Shown here piece after piece: positions 25,555 through 35,382 of a DNA stretch of 45,975 nt (its first letter is position 1; the number at the start of each line of letters is the position of its first letter). Source of the stretch: a virus. Below the pieces are notes generated by a model, which was given only the letters and a program-made list of their open reading frames with translations, was not told where the DNA came from and searched no databases. Location of the stretch: IMG/VR virus record IMGVR_UViG_3300029305_000912; one strand, 5' to 3'. The position numbers and the translations under genes are program-made.

Positions 25555-27672
25555 TTACAGGTGCATCACACGGGATCTGATTTCCTTCGTCTTTCCTTCG
25601 TTCCAGAAGTTTTCACCCAAGTAACCGCAGGTTCTACGGGTCACATTCATCTTGGAATGATCCTTGTTATGACAAACGGGGCATTCCCATTCAAGGTCAT
25701 CGTTGACAATGATTTCACCGTCATAACCACATTCATGGCAGAAGTCACACTTGGTATTGAATTCTGCATACTGAATGTTGTCATAGATGAATTTCACCAC
25801 ATCTTCCAACGCCTTCAGATTATGGTTCATGTTCGGAATTTCAGAATAGGAAATACAACCACCGCTTGACAGCTTTTGAAATTTTGATTCAAACAGGAAC
25901 TTCTTGAATGTGTCGATTTCTTCACGGACATCCACATGATAAGAATTCGTATAATATCCCTTGTCGGTTACATCAGGAATATCACCGAATCTTTCACGGT
26001 CAATCTTTGCGAATCGGTAACACAGGGATTCGGCAGGTGTTCCGTAAAGTGCAAAACCAATGTTGGTTTCTTCGCGCCATCTTAAAACAGTACGCTTCAG
26101 ATATTCCATGACAGCCAGTGCAAACTGTTCACCTTCAGGATGTGTATGAGATACACCACACATCAGTTTTGTCATCTCATAAATTCCGATATAACCAAGA
26201 CTGATGGACGAATAACCACCGAACAACAGTGGATCAATAACTTCACCCTTTGGAAGTCTTGCAATCGCACCATACTGCCAATGGATTGGCGAAATGTCAG
26301 AAGGTGTTCCAAGAAGTGCTTTATGTCTGCACATCAACGCTTCCTTACACAGTTCCAGTCTTTCATCAAGCAGTTCCCAGAACTTCGATCTGTTATCACC
26401 TGCAAGAATCGCAATCTGTGGAAGATTGATACTGACAACACCCTGATTGAATCTACCTTCAAACTTGTAGTTACCATCAGCATCCTTCCAAGGTGCCAAG
26501 AAGGATCTGCATCCCATAGGACTGAAGACGTTTCCTTCATAGTTTTCAGACATCTTCTTTTCAGAAATATAATCAGGGTACATACGCTTTGCAGAACACT
26601 GAACCGCAATCTTTGTCAGATAGTCATATTTGCCGCCCTTCAGACAGTTTTCTTCTGTCAGGACATAAACCAGTTTCGGGAATGCAGGTGTGATGTAAAC
26701 ACCCTTTTCATTCTTGATTCCATGCATCCGCTGACGAAGGATTTCTTCAATGATCATTGCATTTTCTTCTTTGTATGGATCATCCTTACGCAGATACATA
26801 AAGATGGTTACAAAAGGACTTTGACCGTTGGTAGTCATCAGGGTGTTGATCTGATACTGAATTGTTTGCACACCTGACTTGACTTCTTCATGAATACGGT
26901 CTTCCAGAAGTTCACCCGTGTAACCCTTTGCCTTGAATTTATCAATGGATTTACGCAGATACTTTCCAAGGTGTACTGTGTCAACGGACTGACCGCCATA
27001 CTGACAGGAAGCAACGAATGCAATGATTTGTGTCATGACGGTGCAAGCGACCTGAAAAGATTTGGGACTTTCAATCATCTTTCCATTCATCACGGTACCG
27101 TTGTCCAACATATCACCGATGTTGATCAGGCAACAGTTATGAATTGGCTGAAGGAAATAATCTGCATCATGGAAATGAAGAACACCTTCGTCATGTGCTT
27201 TGGAAATATGATCAGGAAGAAGAATTCTGCGTGTGATATCACGGGACACGATACCTGCGATATAATCACGTTGTGTACTTGCCATCTTGGTGTTTTTATT
27301 ACTGTTTTCTTCTGCCATTTCCTTATTCTGATTGCGGATCAGCTTCAGGATAGATTCATCAGTGGTGTTGGACTTACGCACCATAGAACGTTTTTCACGG
27401 TAAAGGATATATGCTTTTGCAGTCTGATGATAACCCAAACCCATCAAATAATTTTCCACAGTATCCTGTATGGTTTCCACATGAACTTCATTATCATCCA
27501 AATTCATTTGAATGGTAGCGGCAATAAAATTCATGTCTTCCATTGGGATATGATCAACGCGGACTTCTGCATTTGCCTTCTGAATTGCATTAATAATTTT
27601 GTTGGGATCGAAATCAACTATCGAACCATCACGTTTAATAACTTTTTGAATCACACAAACCCCTTCTTTCAT
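25555..27672 (-). CDS. nrdD: Anaerobic ribonucleoside-triphosphate reductase
   Basis: 705 aa with an ATP-cone-like N-terminus (VIKRDGSIVDFDPNKIINAI). The C-terminus has a zinc site (CHECGYDG...CPVCHN) and the glycyl-radical motif RRTCGYLG. Confidence 0.95.
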   Translation of the reverse strand: MKEGVCVIQKVIKRDGSIVDFDPNKIINAIQKANAEVRVDHIPMEDMNFIAATIQMNLDDNEVHVETIQDTVENYLMGLGYHQTAKAYILYREKRSMVRKSNTTDESILKLIRNQNKEMAEENSNKNTKMASTQRDYIAGIVSRDITRRILLPDHISKAHDEGVLHFHDADYFLQPIHNCCLINIGDMLDNGTVMNGKMIESPKSFQVACTVMTQIIAFVASCQYGGQSVDTVHLGKYLRKSIDKFKAKGYTGELLEDRIHEEVKSGVQTIQYQINTLMTTNGQSPFVTIFMYLRKDDPYKEENAMIIEEILRQRMHGIKNEKGVYITPAFPKLVYVLTEENCLKGGKYDYLTKIAVQCSAKRMYPDYISEKKMSENYEGNVFSPMGCRSFLAPWKDADGNYKFEGRFNQGVVSINLPQIAILAGDNRSKFWELLDERLELCKEALMCRHKALLGTPSDISPIHWQYGAIARLPKGEVIDPLLFGGYSSISLGYIGIYEMTKLMCGVSHTHPEGEQFALAVMEYLKRTVLRWREETNIGFALYGTPAESLCYRFAKIDRERFGDIPDVTDKGYYTNSYHVDVREEIDTFKKFLFESKFQKLSSGGCISYSEIPNMNHNLKALEDVVKFIYDNIQYAEFNTKCDFCHECGYDGEIIVNDDLEWECPVCHNKDHSKMNVTRRTCGYLGENFWNEGKTKEIRSRVMHL

Positions 27673-28001
27673 TTATAAACTTTTCCTGATTCTTTGTGTC
27701 GGATCTGAATGCGTCCGATTAATTCAAACCCTGCAAGGTCAAGAATGCTTTTGATGACGGTAACAACCGTGTGTGCGTTTTCGTCCACATGGTTTGCTCT
27801 ACGTTCCGCATTCTGTATTTTCTTTACGACTTCATATGCAGTTGGATCAGGGCAACCACTGCCATTCAGCCAAGGTTTTCCGTTATTCCCCATAGACAAG
27901 ATCATCAAAAATAATGCCAATTGTGTTTTTGAAATCGTCCAGAAGGGGTCTTGATACTTCCAACATCTGCGGATGTGCTTTGCCTGTGCTGTTGCAAGCA
28001 C
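27669..28001 (-). CDS. Hypothetical protein (start uncertain; possibly the internal ATG at 27893)
   Basis: The ORF overlaps the thyX 3' end by more than 100 nt if started at 28001. An internal start gives MGNNGKPWLNGSGCPDPTAYEVVKK.... The stop overlaps the nrdD ATG. Confidence 0.4.
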   Translation of the reverse strand: MLATAQAKHIRRCWKYQDPFWTISKTQLALFLMILSMGNNGKPWLNGSGCPDPTAYEVVKKIQNAERRANHVDENAHTVVTVIKSILDLAGFELIGRIQIRHKESGKVYK

Positions 28002-28851
28002 GAAGATTAAAGAAATGTTTCCATTCCTTACAGTTTGCAGTCATAATCACTTCTGTCTTCAGACTGTTTGGAAGAACAGTCCGCGCTTTTTCAGGTGTCA
28101 CATCGAATTCCATCATGGTCATATAGGTGTTTTCACATTCTTCCATGGCGGCTTTCCACAACACCCATTCAGGGGAACCGAAAGTGAAAAATTCAGGAAT
28201 AATGAAGGTCAACTGACTTCCAAATTTGTCCTTGCTATAATTGCAATATCGTGTGGATTCCTGTGCAAAACTTGCAGGACGATGACGAACCAGTTCATGA
28301 CTAACACCACGATCAACCATAAACCGAACTGTAATATCAGAATGTGTCAGAAATTCTTCTTCAGACTTCAAATCACTGATTCCAACAGGACGAATGGAAC
28401 CAATGTTTTTTACATAAAAAATTTCATCTTGGTATTCAGGGAACAAAATTGGATTTTCTTTGATGAATTCTTTAAAACAAACAGGAATTGCATACCATCC
28501 AATCATACTGCGGAATAAGTCACGCCAAGCGCGAACATTACCAGACATCAAAATTCTTTCTTCAGCAGTAAAGCGAATAAATAAAGGAAAACCACAATCA
28601 TGAGATAAAAACCGAATCGCGTCTTTCATCCAATGGTATACACCATAATCAATTTCGAAGCAGAAGGAAGCGTGTTCCAACATTGCTTCATGTCCGCGCT
28701 TGATCAGATTGGAAACAAACTTTGGTGCAGAATCATCTGTGATGTTTTCCGTTGACTTGTAGCAGGTTCTTCCCACCAGTTCAATTTTCTTCAGGACATC
28801 TTTTCCAATATCAATGTCCATGATTTCCGCATAGGGTTTGATTGCTATCAT
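27883..28851 (-). CDS. thyX: FAD-dependent thymidylate synthase ThyX
   Basis: 322 aa with the ThyX signature RHRxxSxxxxSxR present as LVRHRPASFAQESTRY. Confidence 0.9.
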   Translation of the reverse strand: MIAIKPYAEIMDIDIGKDVLKKIELVGRTCYKSTENITDDSAPKFVSNLIKRGHEAMLEHASFCFEIDYGVYHWMKDAIRFLSHDCGFPLFIRFTAEERILMSGNVRAWRDLFRSMIGWYAIPVCFKEFIKENPILFPEYQDEIFYVKNIGSIRPVGISDLKSEEEFLTHSDITVRFMVDRGVSHELVRHRPASFAQESTRYCNYSKDKFGSQLTFIIPEFFTFGSPEWVLWKAAMEECENTYMTMMEFDVTPEKARTVLPNSLKTEVIMTANCKEWKHFFNLRACNSTGKAHPQMLEVSRPLLDDFKNTIGIIFDDLVYGE

Positions 28852-29156
28852 TTACTTTCACCATCCTTCAAAACGTCTTCAATAGCGGTTTTGACTGCTT
28901 TGGTTTTTATCATCTTTTCTGCAAGTACTTTGCTTGCAATCTGAATGATTTCGTCCTTGTGAGAATCCAACCAATCCATAATCAACTGTTCTGCTACATA
29001 ATTAAGTTTGTTTTCACCATAATAATTTGTTGAGAAAATGCACTGTTCAACATTTTTCTGAATATTTTCTGTAATGGTCTTTTCAGCATTTTTCTGAATT
29101 TGTTTGGCAATCGCATCATCATCAATAGTAATACCAAAGTGAATGATATGTTCCAT
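28848..29156 (-). CDS. Hypothetical protein
   Basis: The ATG at 29156 is preceded by GGAAAGGA and lies 4 nt after the dut stop. It encodes 102 aa, MEHIIHFGITIDDDAIAKQI.... Confidence 0.5.
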   Translation of the reverse strand: MEHIIHFGITIDDDAIAKQIQKNAEKTITENIQKNVEQCIFSTNYYGENKLNYVAEQLIMDWLDSHKDEIIQIASKVLAEKMIKTKAVKTAIEDVLKDGESK

Positions 29157-29160
29157 AAAA

Positions 29161-29622
29161 TCAATCCTTTCCAGTGGATCCGAATCCACCACGGTCTTCA
29201 TCTTCCATACAATCCACTTCCGTGAATTTCAGTTCAGACATTTTCGGCATAATACGGAACTGACAGATTCGATCACCCTTGAAAATGGTTGTGGACTTCA
29301 TAGCTAACGCAGGGAATCCCCAAACGTCATGTTCACCACAATAGGATTCATCAATGACACCCATGGAATTGGTCATCAGGATTCCCCATCTGCGGAATGT
29401 ACTGGAACGGGGCAGAACGTGCGCTTCATAACCTTCGGGAAGTTTCATGGAAACACCAAGGGAAATAACTTTGTAATCCCCTGCATCCATGTCCACACGT
29501 TCCGCGGCATGAAGATCAATCCAATCACCAACAGGGATCTTTTCAATCTTCCCAAGGTCTTTGTCATGGTACTTGATTTTGATTTCAAGTACATCAGTTT
29601 TCTTTTTCTGTGCCATTTTCAA
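29161..29622 (-). CDS. dut: dUTP diphosphatase (trimeric dUTPase)
   Basis: 153 aa with motifs LPRSS and GVIDESYCGE, and a C-terminal glycine-rich segment RGGFGSTG. Confidence 0.9.
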   Translation of the reverse strand: MKMAQKKKTDVLEIKIKYHDKDLGKIEKIPVGDWIDLHAAERVDMDAGDYKVISLGVSMKLPEGYEAHVLPRSSTFRRWGILMTNSMGVIDESYCGEHDVWGFPALAMKSTTIFKGDRICQFRIMPKMSELKFTEVDCMEDEDRGGFGSTGKD

Positions 29623-29932
29623 TGTCCCCCTTCAACATTTTGATTTCATGGTTGATATACCAAATTGCCTTTTCCAAGTCCTGAATTTCCTTGTCAGGAT
29701 CCTTGGAACCTGCACGGCATACATATTTAACAGCATTACCACGGTCAAAATTCAATTTCTGATCTGCAATGAAGTCTGCAACTTCAATCTTTCCCTTGGT
29801 ATAATGGGAAGGATGATTGACGGGATCATGTTTCACAACACCTTCCCACTTACCATAGTTGATACATTCATCACACGGATATTCCAGTTTATTGTCATGA
29901 CCATATACACAGTTGGCACATCTCTTTTCCAT
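29594..29932 (-). CDS. DUF3310-family phage protein with an N-terminal Cys cluster
   Basis: 112 aa. The sequence HPSHYTKGKIEVADFIADQKLNFDRGNAVKYVCRAGSK...DLEKAIWY matches the DUF3310 pattern as I recall it. The N-terminus has CANC...CDEC. Confidence 0.6.
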   Translation of the reverse strand: MEKRCANCVYGHDNKLEYPCDECINYGKWEGVVKHDPVNHPSHYTKGKIEVADFIADQKLNFDRGNAVKYVCRAGSKDPDKEIQDLEKAIWYINHEIKMLKGDIENGTEKEN

Positions 29933-29938
29933 ACGAAC

Positions 29939-31843
29939 TTACCCTTTCACAAAAATCCTGCATTTCTTACCGTTCACCCTACGGTCAACGATTTTGAAAT
30001 TAAAGTGTTTCTTGACCTGCTTTGAAAATTCACCGTTGGACAAAGGTTGAAGACTGTTAGAAAGACACCATTCGTTGTATCTGCGATATACAACACTGGT
30101 CACTTCATCTTCAATTTTGATTTCATCGTTTTCCGCTTCACGGAAGAAACCGATGATTGGATTGTTGGATTCTTCATATTCAATCAGTTCTTCCTGCATT
30201 GCTTCATTGGTTGTATACTGTCTGGATTCCAATACACGTTTCAAACCCTGTAAACCGATTTGAATCATATATTCCATGGATTCCTGACACTTCAGGTCAT
30301 CACCAATGAACGGTTTGTAATCAGGGGAATCAGGTGTGAACCTTGCGTTGAATGGAACAATTGCCAATCTTCGAAGAATTGCACCGCTGTCCCTGCCTTT
30401 ACCGATACGTGGAATACTGTTTGCACTGAAAATCAGTTTGCAGAACGGATCAAAATTGAATTTTGGTTGACCTTTATGTTCTGCGTCAATGGACTGACCT
30501 GTTACAATCTTCTTGAATTCGGCAGTGTCAACTACAAATTCATCAGAAATATCATCACCGATGTTTGCAATCTTACCGAACATCATGACTGTGGAAAATC
30601 TGTCATTCAGCTTCTTCAGATCCAGAACAGAAAGGTTTTGTCTACCAAGCAACGTTTTCACCATGTCCAAGAATGTTGATTTACCGTTTGCACCTGTTCC
30701 CGTCAGAATGAACGCCCTACCACCTGCAAGTGCGTTGGAACGATAGAAACAGGAACCAACCATTTCTTCAAGTAGCATTCTAACCGCTTCATCATGACAG
30801 GAAATGTTGTTCATGATTTGATCAGTCAGTTCGAAGTATGCATTTGGGTTCCAGTCCCACGGGATCATATTGGTGATGACATAATCAGGACTGAATGGAA
30901 GGAAATCATCATTGATAATGTCATAGATTCCGTTTCGGAATGCAATGAAGTTTGGTGGTGAAGGTTGTGTTTCTTCCCGAATCAGAATGTCAAGATACGC
31001 AAGAACTTCCTGACGTTTTGTTTTGTTTAACTGCGGAAGATGATGCAACATCACCGCTTCAATTTCCCTGTATCCGCTGATATAGATTCCGTTTTGATAC
31101 AGGTGCAACTGATCATTGATTCTGATAATGTGGTGATTGTTTTTCAAAAATACCGCGAACTTATCAAACAGGAACGTCTTACCCATGAAGAACACAGGTT
31201 TCTGAAATGCTTCATCACGCAGAATGATGTTCAATTCATCTTCAGGAAGTGGATTCTTCAACACGAAACTGTTGATGATTCGGATTGTTTCCCGTGCTTC
31301 TTCAACCGTGAAATCAGCAGATTGCAAAGTCAGAATGTAATTGAATAGACTTTGATTTCTTCCGTCACCTGCGTCCATATTCAGAAATTCTGTGGATCCG
31401 CGCACTGGAACCAACCACTTTGGAAGTTCTTCATATTCATGACCTTCTTCAATATCCCATTCAATGAAGCGTTCCTTGCCTTCAAACTTCAGGATTTCAT
31501 AAGAATTTTTCAGACCAACCTTGATGTCAGCAGTCAGACCGCAACCAAGATTTGCGTGTGTGAAACACTTCTGAATCTTGCCGTTTGTGTTCTTGAACAG
31601 GAAGTGTTTTCCGCGTGATGTCTGATAGACGCGGCAGTTCAGTTGCAGGTGTTCCACGATATCCATCAGAAGTTCCGCTTGATCCCCATCATCAATGTCG
31701 ATTAGTACCGCATCATTTGCAAGAATTCCTGCATATTCATCAAGGGACTGAACCTGTTCCAAGGTCTTGAAATCGGTACGGTCTTTGAATTTTTCTGTGC
31801 ATTTTTTATTTTTTGTTTTAACGTACCCTTTGAAAAAGGTCAT
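29939..31843 (-). CDS. Bifunctional primase-helicase: N-terminal AEP (prim-pol) domain plus a P4-alpha/D5-type SF3 helicase
   Basis: 634 aa. The AEP motifs are VLIDIDDGD and TSRGKHFLF. The Walker A is ILTGTGANGKSTF, and the Walker B-like motif is IANIGDDISDE. Confidence 0.85.
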   Translation of the reverse strand: MTFFKGYVKTKNKKCTEKFKDRTDFKTLEQVQSLDEYAGILANDAVLIDIDDGDQAELLMDIVEHLQLNCRVYQTSRGKHFLFKNTNGKIQKCFTHANLGCGLTADIKVGLKNSYEILKFEGKERFIEWDIEEGHEYEELPKWLVPVRGSTEFLNMDAGDGRNQSLFNYILTLQSADFTVEEARETIRIINSFVLKNPLPEDELNIILRDEAFQKPVFFMGKTFLFDKFAVFLKNNHHIIRINDQLHLYQNGIYISGYREIEAVMLHHLPQLNKTKRQEVLAYLDILIREETQPSPPNFIAFRNGIYDIINDDFLPFSPDYVITNMIPWDWNPNAYFELTDQIMNNISCHDEAVRMLLEEMVGSCFYRSNALAGGRAFILTGTGANGKSTFLDMVKTLLGRQNLSVLDLKKLNDRFSTVMMFGKIANIGDDISDEFVVDTAEFKKIVTGQSIDAEHKGQPKFNFDPFCKLIFSANSIPRIGKGRDSGAILRRLAIVPFNARFTPDSPDYKPFIGDDLKCQESMEYMIQIGLQGLKRVLESRQYTTNEAMQEELIEYEESNNPIIGFFREAENDEIKIEDEVTSVVYRRYNEWCLSNSLQPLSNGEFSKQVKKHFNFKIVDRRVNGKKCRIFVKG

Positions 31844-31912
31844 GTTCTTTACCCCTTTTTCTTTAGTTTTTCACTATTTTTTCACTATTTTTCAAGATTT
31901 TCATATGATTTT

Positions 31913-33673
31913 TCACGTGTTTACACCAAAATCATTCAATCTTTTCTTTGCCATATCAATGTAAAATTGTCTGTCCAAGTGATCAGGACATTTCACACCG
32001 TCAATGACATCATTCCACAGGAAGCATCGTTCAGGGGAATTTGCAACCTTTTCAGGTTTACCCGTTCTATATGAAACTTTAGTCAATCCACCGTCATTGG
32101 AACGTAGGGAAGCAAACACACGAACACACTTTTCATTCAAAATACTGTGTCCATGTAACAGGTGTTTGTATTTACCACCAATCTTTGTGACCATCTGAAA
32201 TTCTTTCAGGTCACTGCAACTGTTGATTGTGGTTTCCACAGGAACACCCTTGACCATGTAATCCACCAAGGCTTTGTTCACAATGGGAAAATCACCATAG
32301 TCCAAATCAGACAGTTTCTTCACATAGGCACCTTTGGATTTATACTTTCCATCAGCGGAAACAACAATGTAATTGTTGACATCTTTCTGACATACCTTGA
32401 CATATTCATCAAATTCCAGAACCAGTCCTGTCCGCTTTTCCCATTCATAGGAAAGATCATCAATCAGTTCATACCATTTGTTTGGATCCTGTCCATCAGG
32501 CATTCGGATTAAAATACCATCTGTGTTGGACTGGATCAGTTGACAGTGTGGTTCCAACTTTTCAATCAGATCCAACAGAAGCAACTGACCATAAACACAT
32601 ACCCTGTTTGCCTGTAACGGGTCATACAAACCGTTTCCCTTGTCTTTCATTACACCATAGGTGGAATTCAAAACCAGTTTCAACGGTGCCTGAAGTGGGT
32701 TCTTTTCCTTCTTATACTTCAGGCGTGTGTGATAAATTTCTTCATACTTCTTTGGGTTTTCCATGTTCCGTGAATGCAGATTATAACGAATCATCAAAGA
32801 CGGATACAGGGAAGCAACGTCCATATTCAGAAATAAACCAGAATCATTGTATTTTTCCAAAGCACCGTGAACACCACCCCAACCGAACTGGTGCGGACAT
32901 CCTGCAACCATCGTTTCAAGTTGTGTTTTTTCTTCTGTTTTCCGTCCTGCAATTGGTTTCTTGTAACAACGGTTTTCAGGATCCTTGTACCAGTCCAAGA
33001 CGTTTGTGTATTTGTTCAGAATCAATGTATCTGGAAAATCAATGTCAAATTCGTCATCATGGGGTTTCTGAACTGCTTTCAGGATATATGCTGACAACTG
33101 TGCTTTGGTCTTTCCAATCAAGGACAGATCCAACGGTTTCCCTTCACAAGCAATCTTGACCAAACCCATGTGTGCATTGAAATCGTCAATACGCTTCAGG
33201 AACACTTTGATTGTTTCTTCCACGTCATGAAGGTTATATTTCAAAAGTTCCTGAATTTCTTCTTCAGTCAATTTTCGATTGATGTTGAAATCAATAGATG
33301 ATTCCTTAATCATGGAACCCATACTTCCTTCAAACCACTTCAAACCACGGTCAACGTTACCCATGACATCATAATTATTCAGTGAAATATTCCTAAATAA
33401 AGATGAATACTTCCAACCTTCTTTTTCTTTGACAATGATCCATTCATTAACTTTCCAAGGGTCAAATCCAAGAAGAATTGCCTTCAAAATGTACTGGTCA
33501 TAGTGTCTGCAATTGAATCCAACCCAAATATCATTCTTGTTTTCTTCATAGAATCGTGACAGGTGGTCAGGATCATTGGCAATTTGTGTAACCTGTTTTT
33601 TGGAAGGATCAATCAATGTAACCGTCCAATCATATTTCAGTGTTTCGAAGTCGTAGAAGATCACTGTTCCCAC
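31913..33673 (-). CDS. Family B DNA polymerase with a 3'-5' exonuclease domain
   Basis: 586 aa. Exo I is FYDFET and Exo II is GFNCRHYDQYIL. Motif A is DVASLYPSLM and motif B is KLVLNSTYGVM. Motif C reads QSNTDGILI, so the first Asp of the usual DTD is Asn. Confidence 0.85.
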   Translation of the reverse strand: MGTVIFYDFETLKYDWTVTLIDPSKKQVTQIANDPDHLSRFYEENKNDIWVGFNCRHYDQYILKAILLGFDPWKVNEWIIVKEKEGWKYSSLFRNISLNNYDVMGNVDRGLKWFEGSMGSMIKESSIDFNINRKLTEEEIQELLKYNLHDVEETIKVFLKRIDDFNAHMGLVKIACEGKPLDLSLIGKTKAQLSAYILKAVQKPHDDEFDIDFPDTLILNKYTNVLDWYKDPENRCYKKPIAGRKTEEKTQLETMVAGCPHQFGWGGVHGALEKYNDSGLFLNMDVASLYPSLMIRYNLHSRNMENPKKYEEIYHTRLKYKKEKNPLQAPLKLVLNSTYGVMKDKGNGLYDPLQANRVCVYGQLLLLDLIEKLEPHCQLIQSNTDGILIRMPDGQDPNKWYELIDDLSYEWEKRTGLVLEFDEYVKVCQKDVNNYIVVSADGKYKSKGAYVKKLSDLDYGDFPIVNKALVDYMVKGVPVETTINSCSDLKEFQMVTKIGGKYKHLLHGHSILNEKCVRVFASLRSNDGGLTKVSYRTGKPEKVANSPERCFLWNDVIDGVKCPDHLDRQFYIDMAKKRLNDFGVNT

Positions 33674-34812
33674 CTCATGTCAAAATAGGTTTTAGCAATC
33701 AACGGACATTCTCGTTCAAATTCCTGCATATATCGCAATGCAGAATCAGAATCATACTTTGACGATTCATGACAGAATTCCCTAAATGACATTTTTTTGA
33801 AGAAACTTGGTTGATTGCACCATCTTGCAATGGTTATATACATTCCCCTGTATGGTGATAGTTTATAATCCTGATAACGCATCACATAAGGAAGGCACTT
33901 ATGATCCATTAAAATTTGAATCCTTTGAAACAGTTCAAGGATATCATGAAGCCAAAAACTAACATCATAATGGTTAGGATTTTCATGGTTGTAACCTGTG
34001 AAACAATAGAACTTGCAGATCTTGTCTGTGTGATTTCTGATCATGTCCAATTTCTTTTCCACAATCCTTCTATCTTTGATGTTGTCGAATGCAAAGATGA
34101 AATCACCAATCCAATTTGAATTAAAGATCACTTCACACTTTTCATCAGTCAAAAGTCTTTCATCCATACCCTGATGGAATCTGAATCTTTTTCCTGTTGC
34201 GTTCAAATCTTCAAAGATCTGCTTCCACTGCGGACAGGAAAGAACATTGTCATCCAGAAGGAAAATATAAGGTCTGTTATGATCCAAGAATTCTGAAACG
34301 GGACTGTGCAAAGAACATTTTCTGTAATGCTGATTTACACAGAACGAACATCCACGAATGCACCCACGTGTTGTAAACCCAATAGAATAATCTGTGTAAC
34401 TGCTGAATTTTTTGCGGAAACTTTTTTCATTGAAATCTTCAATATCATTTTCATCTGCAATCCATTTGTTTTTTGCATCTGCAACTTGATCTTCAATCCA
34501 TGTGGAATACAGATCGTAGTCAGGAAAATGATGTTCAATTTCTTCAGGTAATCTCGGTGCCTTATCATAAAAGAATCCAGTTCCACCGTATTCAACATTT
34601 GGAAGGTTCAACACTTCGTCAGGAACAATTGTGTCCGTGAATACCTTGGAAACGAACACACGGTCATATGAAGAAACAAGATCATAATCAGTCAGAAGTT
34701 TAACTTCATGTCCATGTTCCTTGTAGAAACCAGAAATTTTCATACAAGCAAGGTTTGGAAATCGGTTTCTCTTTTTATTTAATAGATCAGCGTCTATAAC
34801 TGCGATCTTCAT
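33661..34812 (-). CDS. Radical SAM domain protein of unknown specificity
   Basis: 383 aa. The Cx3Cx2C motif is in TTRGCIRGCSFCV (about aa 150). The N-terminal Rossmann-like segment is MKIAVIDADLL...FPNLACMKISGFYKEHGHEV. The gene overlaps the polymerase start. Confidence 0.6.
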   Translation of the reverse strand: MKIAVIDADLLNKKRNRFPNLACMKISGFYKEHGHEVKLLTDYDLVSSYDRVFVSKVFTDTIVPDEVLNLPNVEYGGTGFFYDKAPRLPEEIEHHFPDYDLYSTWIEDQVADAKNKWIADENDIEDFNEKSFRKKFSSYTDYSIGFTTRGCIRGCSFCVNQHYRKCSLHSPVSEFLDHNRPYIFLLDDNVLSCPQWKQIFEDLNATGKRFRFHQGMDERLLTDEKCEVIFNSNWIGDFIFAFDNIKDRRIVEKKLDMIRNHTDKICKFYCFTGYNHENPNHYDVSFWLHDILELFQRIQILMDHKCLPYVMRYQDYKLSPYRGMYITIARWCNQPSFFKKMSFREFCHESSKYDSDSALRYMQEFERECPLIAKTYFDMRWEQ

Positions 34813-34872
34813 TCTTCACCCATCCTTTCATTTAGGGGAAGCGGAATTTCACCGCTTCCCCTTATGAATCAC

Positions 34873-35346
34873 TTAATTTTCAAGTGCGAAAATTTCAGTG
34901 ATTTCAAAGGTGTCAAAACCCTTCTTGGTCTGACCGTAATTGATTGCATATTCAAAGGAATCAGCAATCAGTTCATGAATGTCCATCAGAAGATTTGCAT
35001 ACTGTGCGTAGGACTTGAATTCAATGGTAGGTACCGCACAATTTGCAGTCAAAGAACGAAGGAATTCATTGACAATGTGAATCTGGAAACCCTGTGTGAT
35101 AACCTGATTCATGAAGATCATAGAACCTTCATATTCACCGTCACAAATCTTCATCCAGATAGAAACCATCGGATCACCCTTTTTAGTTGCCTTCAGTTCC
35201 ATCTTTTCAATGGAAACTTCATACTTACCATGGGGAACTTCCTTGAAGTTACCACCGCTATTCTGCGCGGCATCCTGAATGTCCTTCTGAAGACCTTCCA
35301 TGTCAACTGCGTTGTCCCACTGTGCAAAAATGTTCTTGTTTTCCAT
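34873..35346 (-). CDS. DUF669-family phage protein (usual partner of Sak4/AAA_24 ATPases)
   Basis: The ATG at 35346 is preceded by GAAAGGAAG. The sequence ...FKEVPHGKYEVSIEKMELKATKKGDPMVSIWMKICDGEYEG fits the DUF669 pattern as I recall it. Confidence 0.55.
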   Translation of the reverse strand: MENKNIFAQWDNAVDMEGLQKDIQDAAQNSGGNFKEVPHGKYEVSIEKMELKATKKGDPMVSIWMKICDGEYEGSMIFMNQVITQGFQIHIVNEFLRSLTANCAVPTIEFKSYAQYANLLMDIHELIADSFEYAINYGQTKKGFDTFEITEIFALEN

Positions 35347-35382
35347 AATCAAATACTTCCTTTCAAAAATATATTTATTGAT

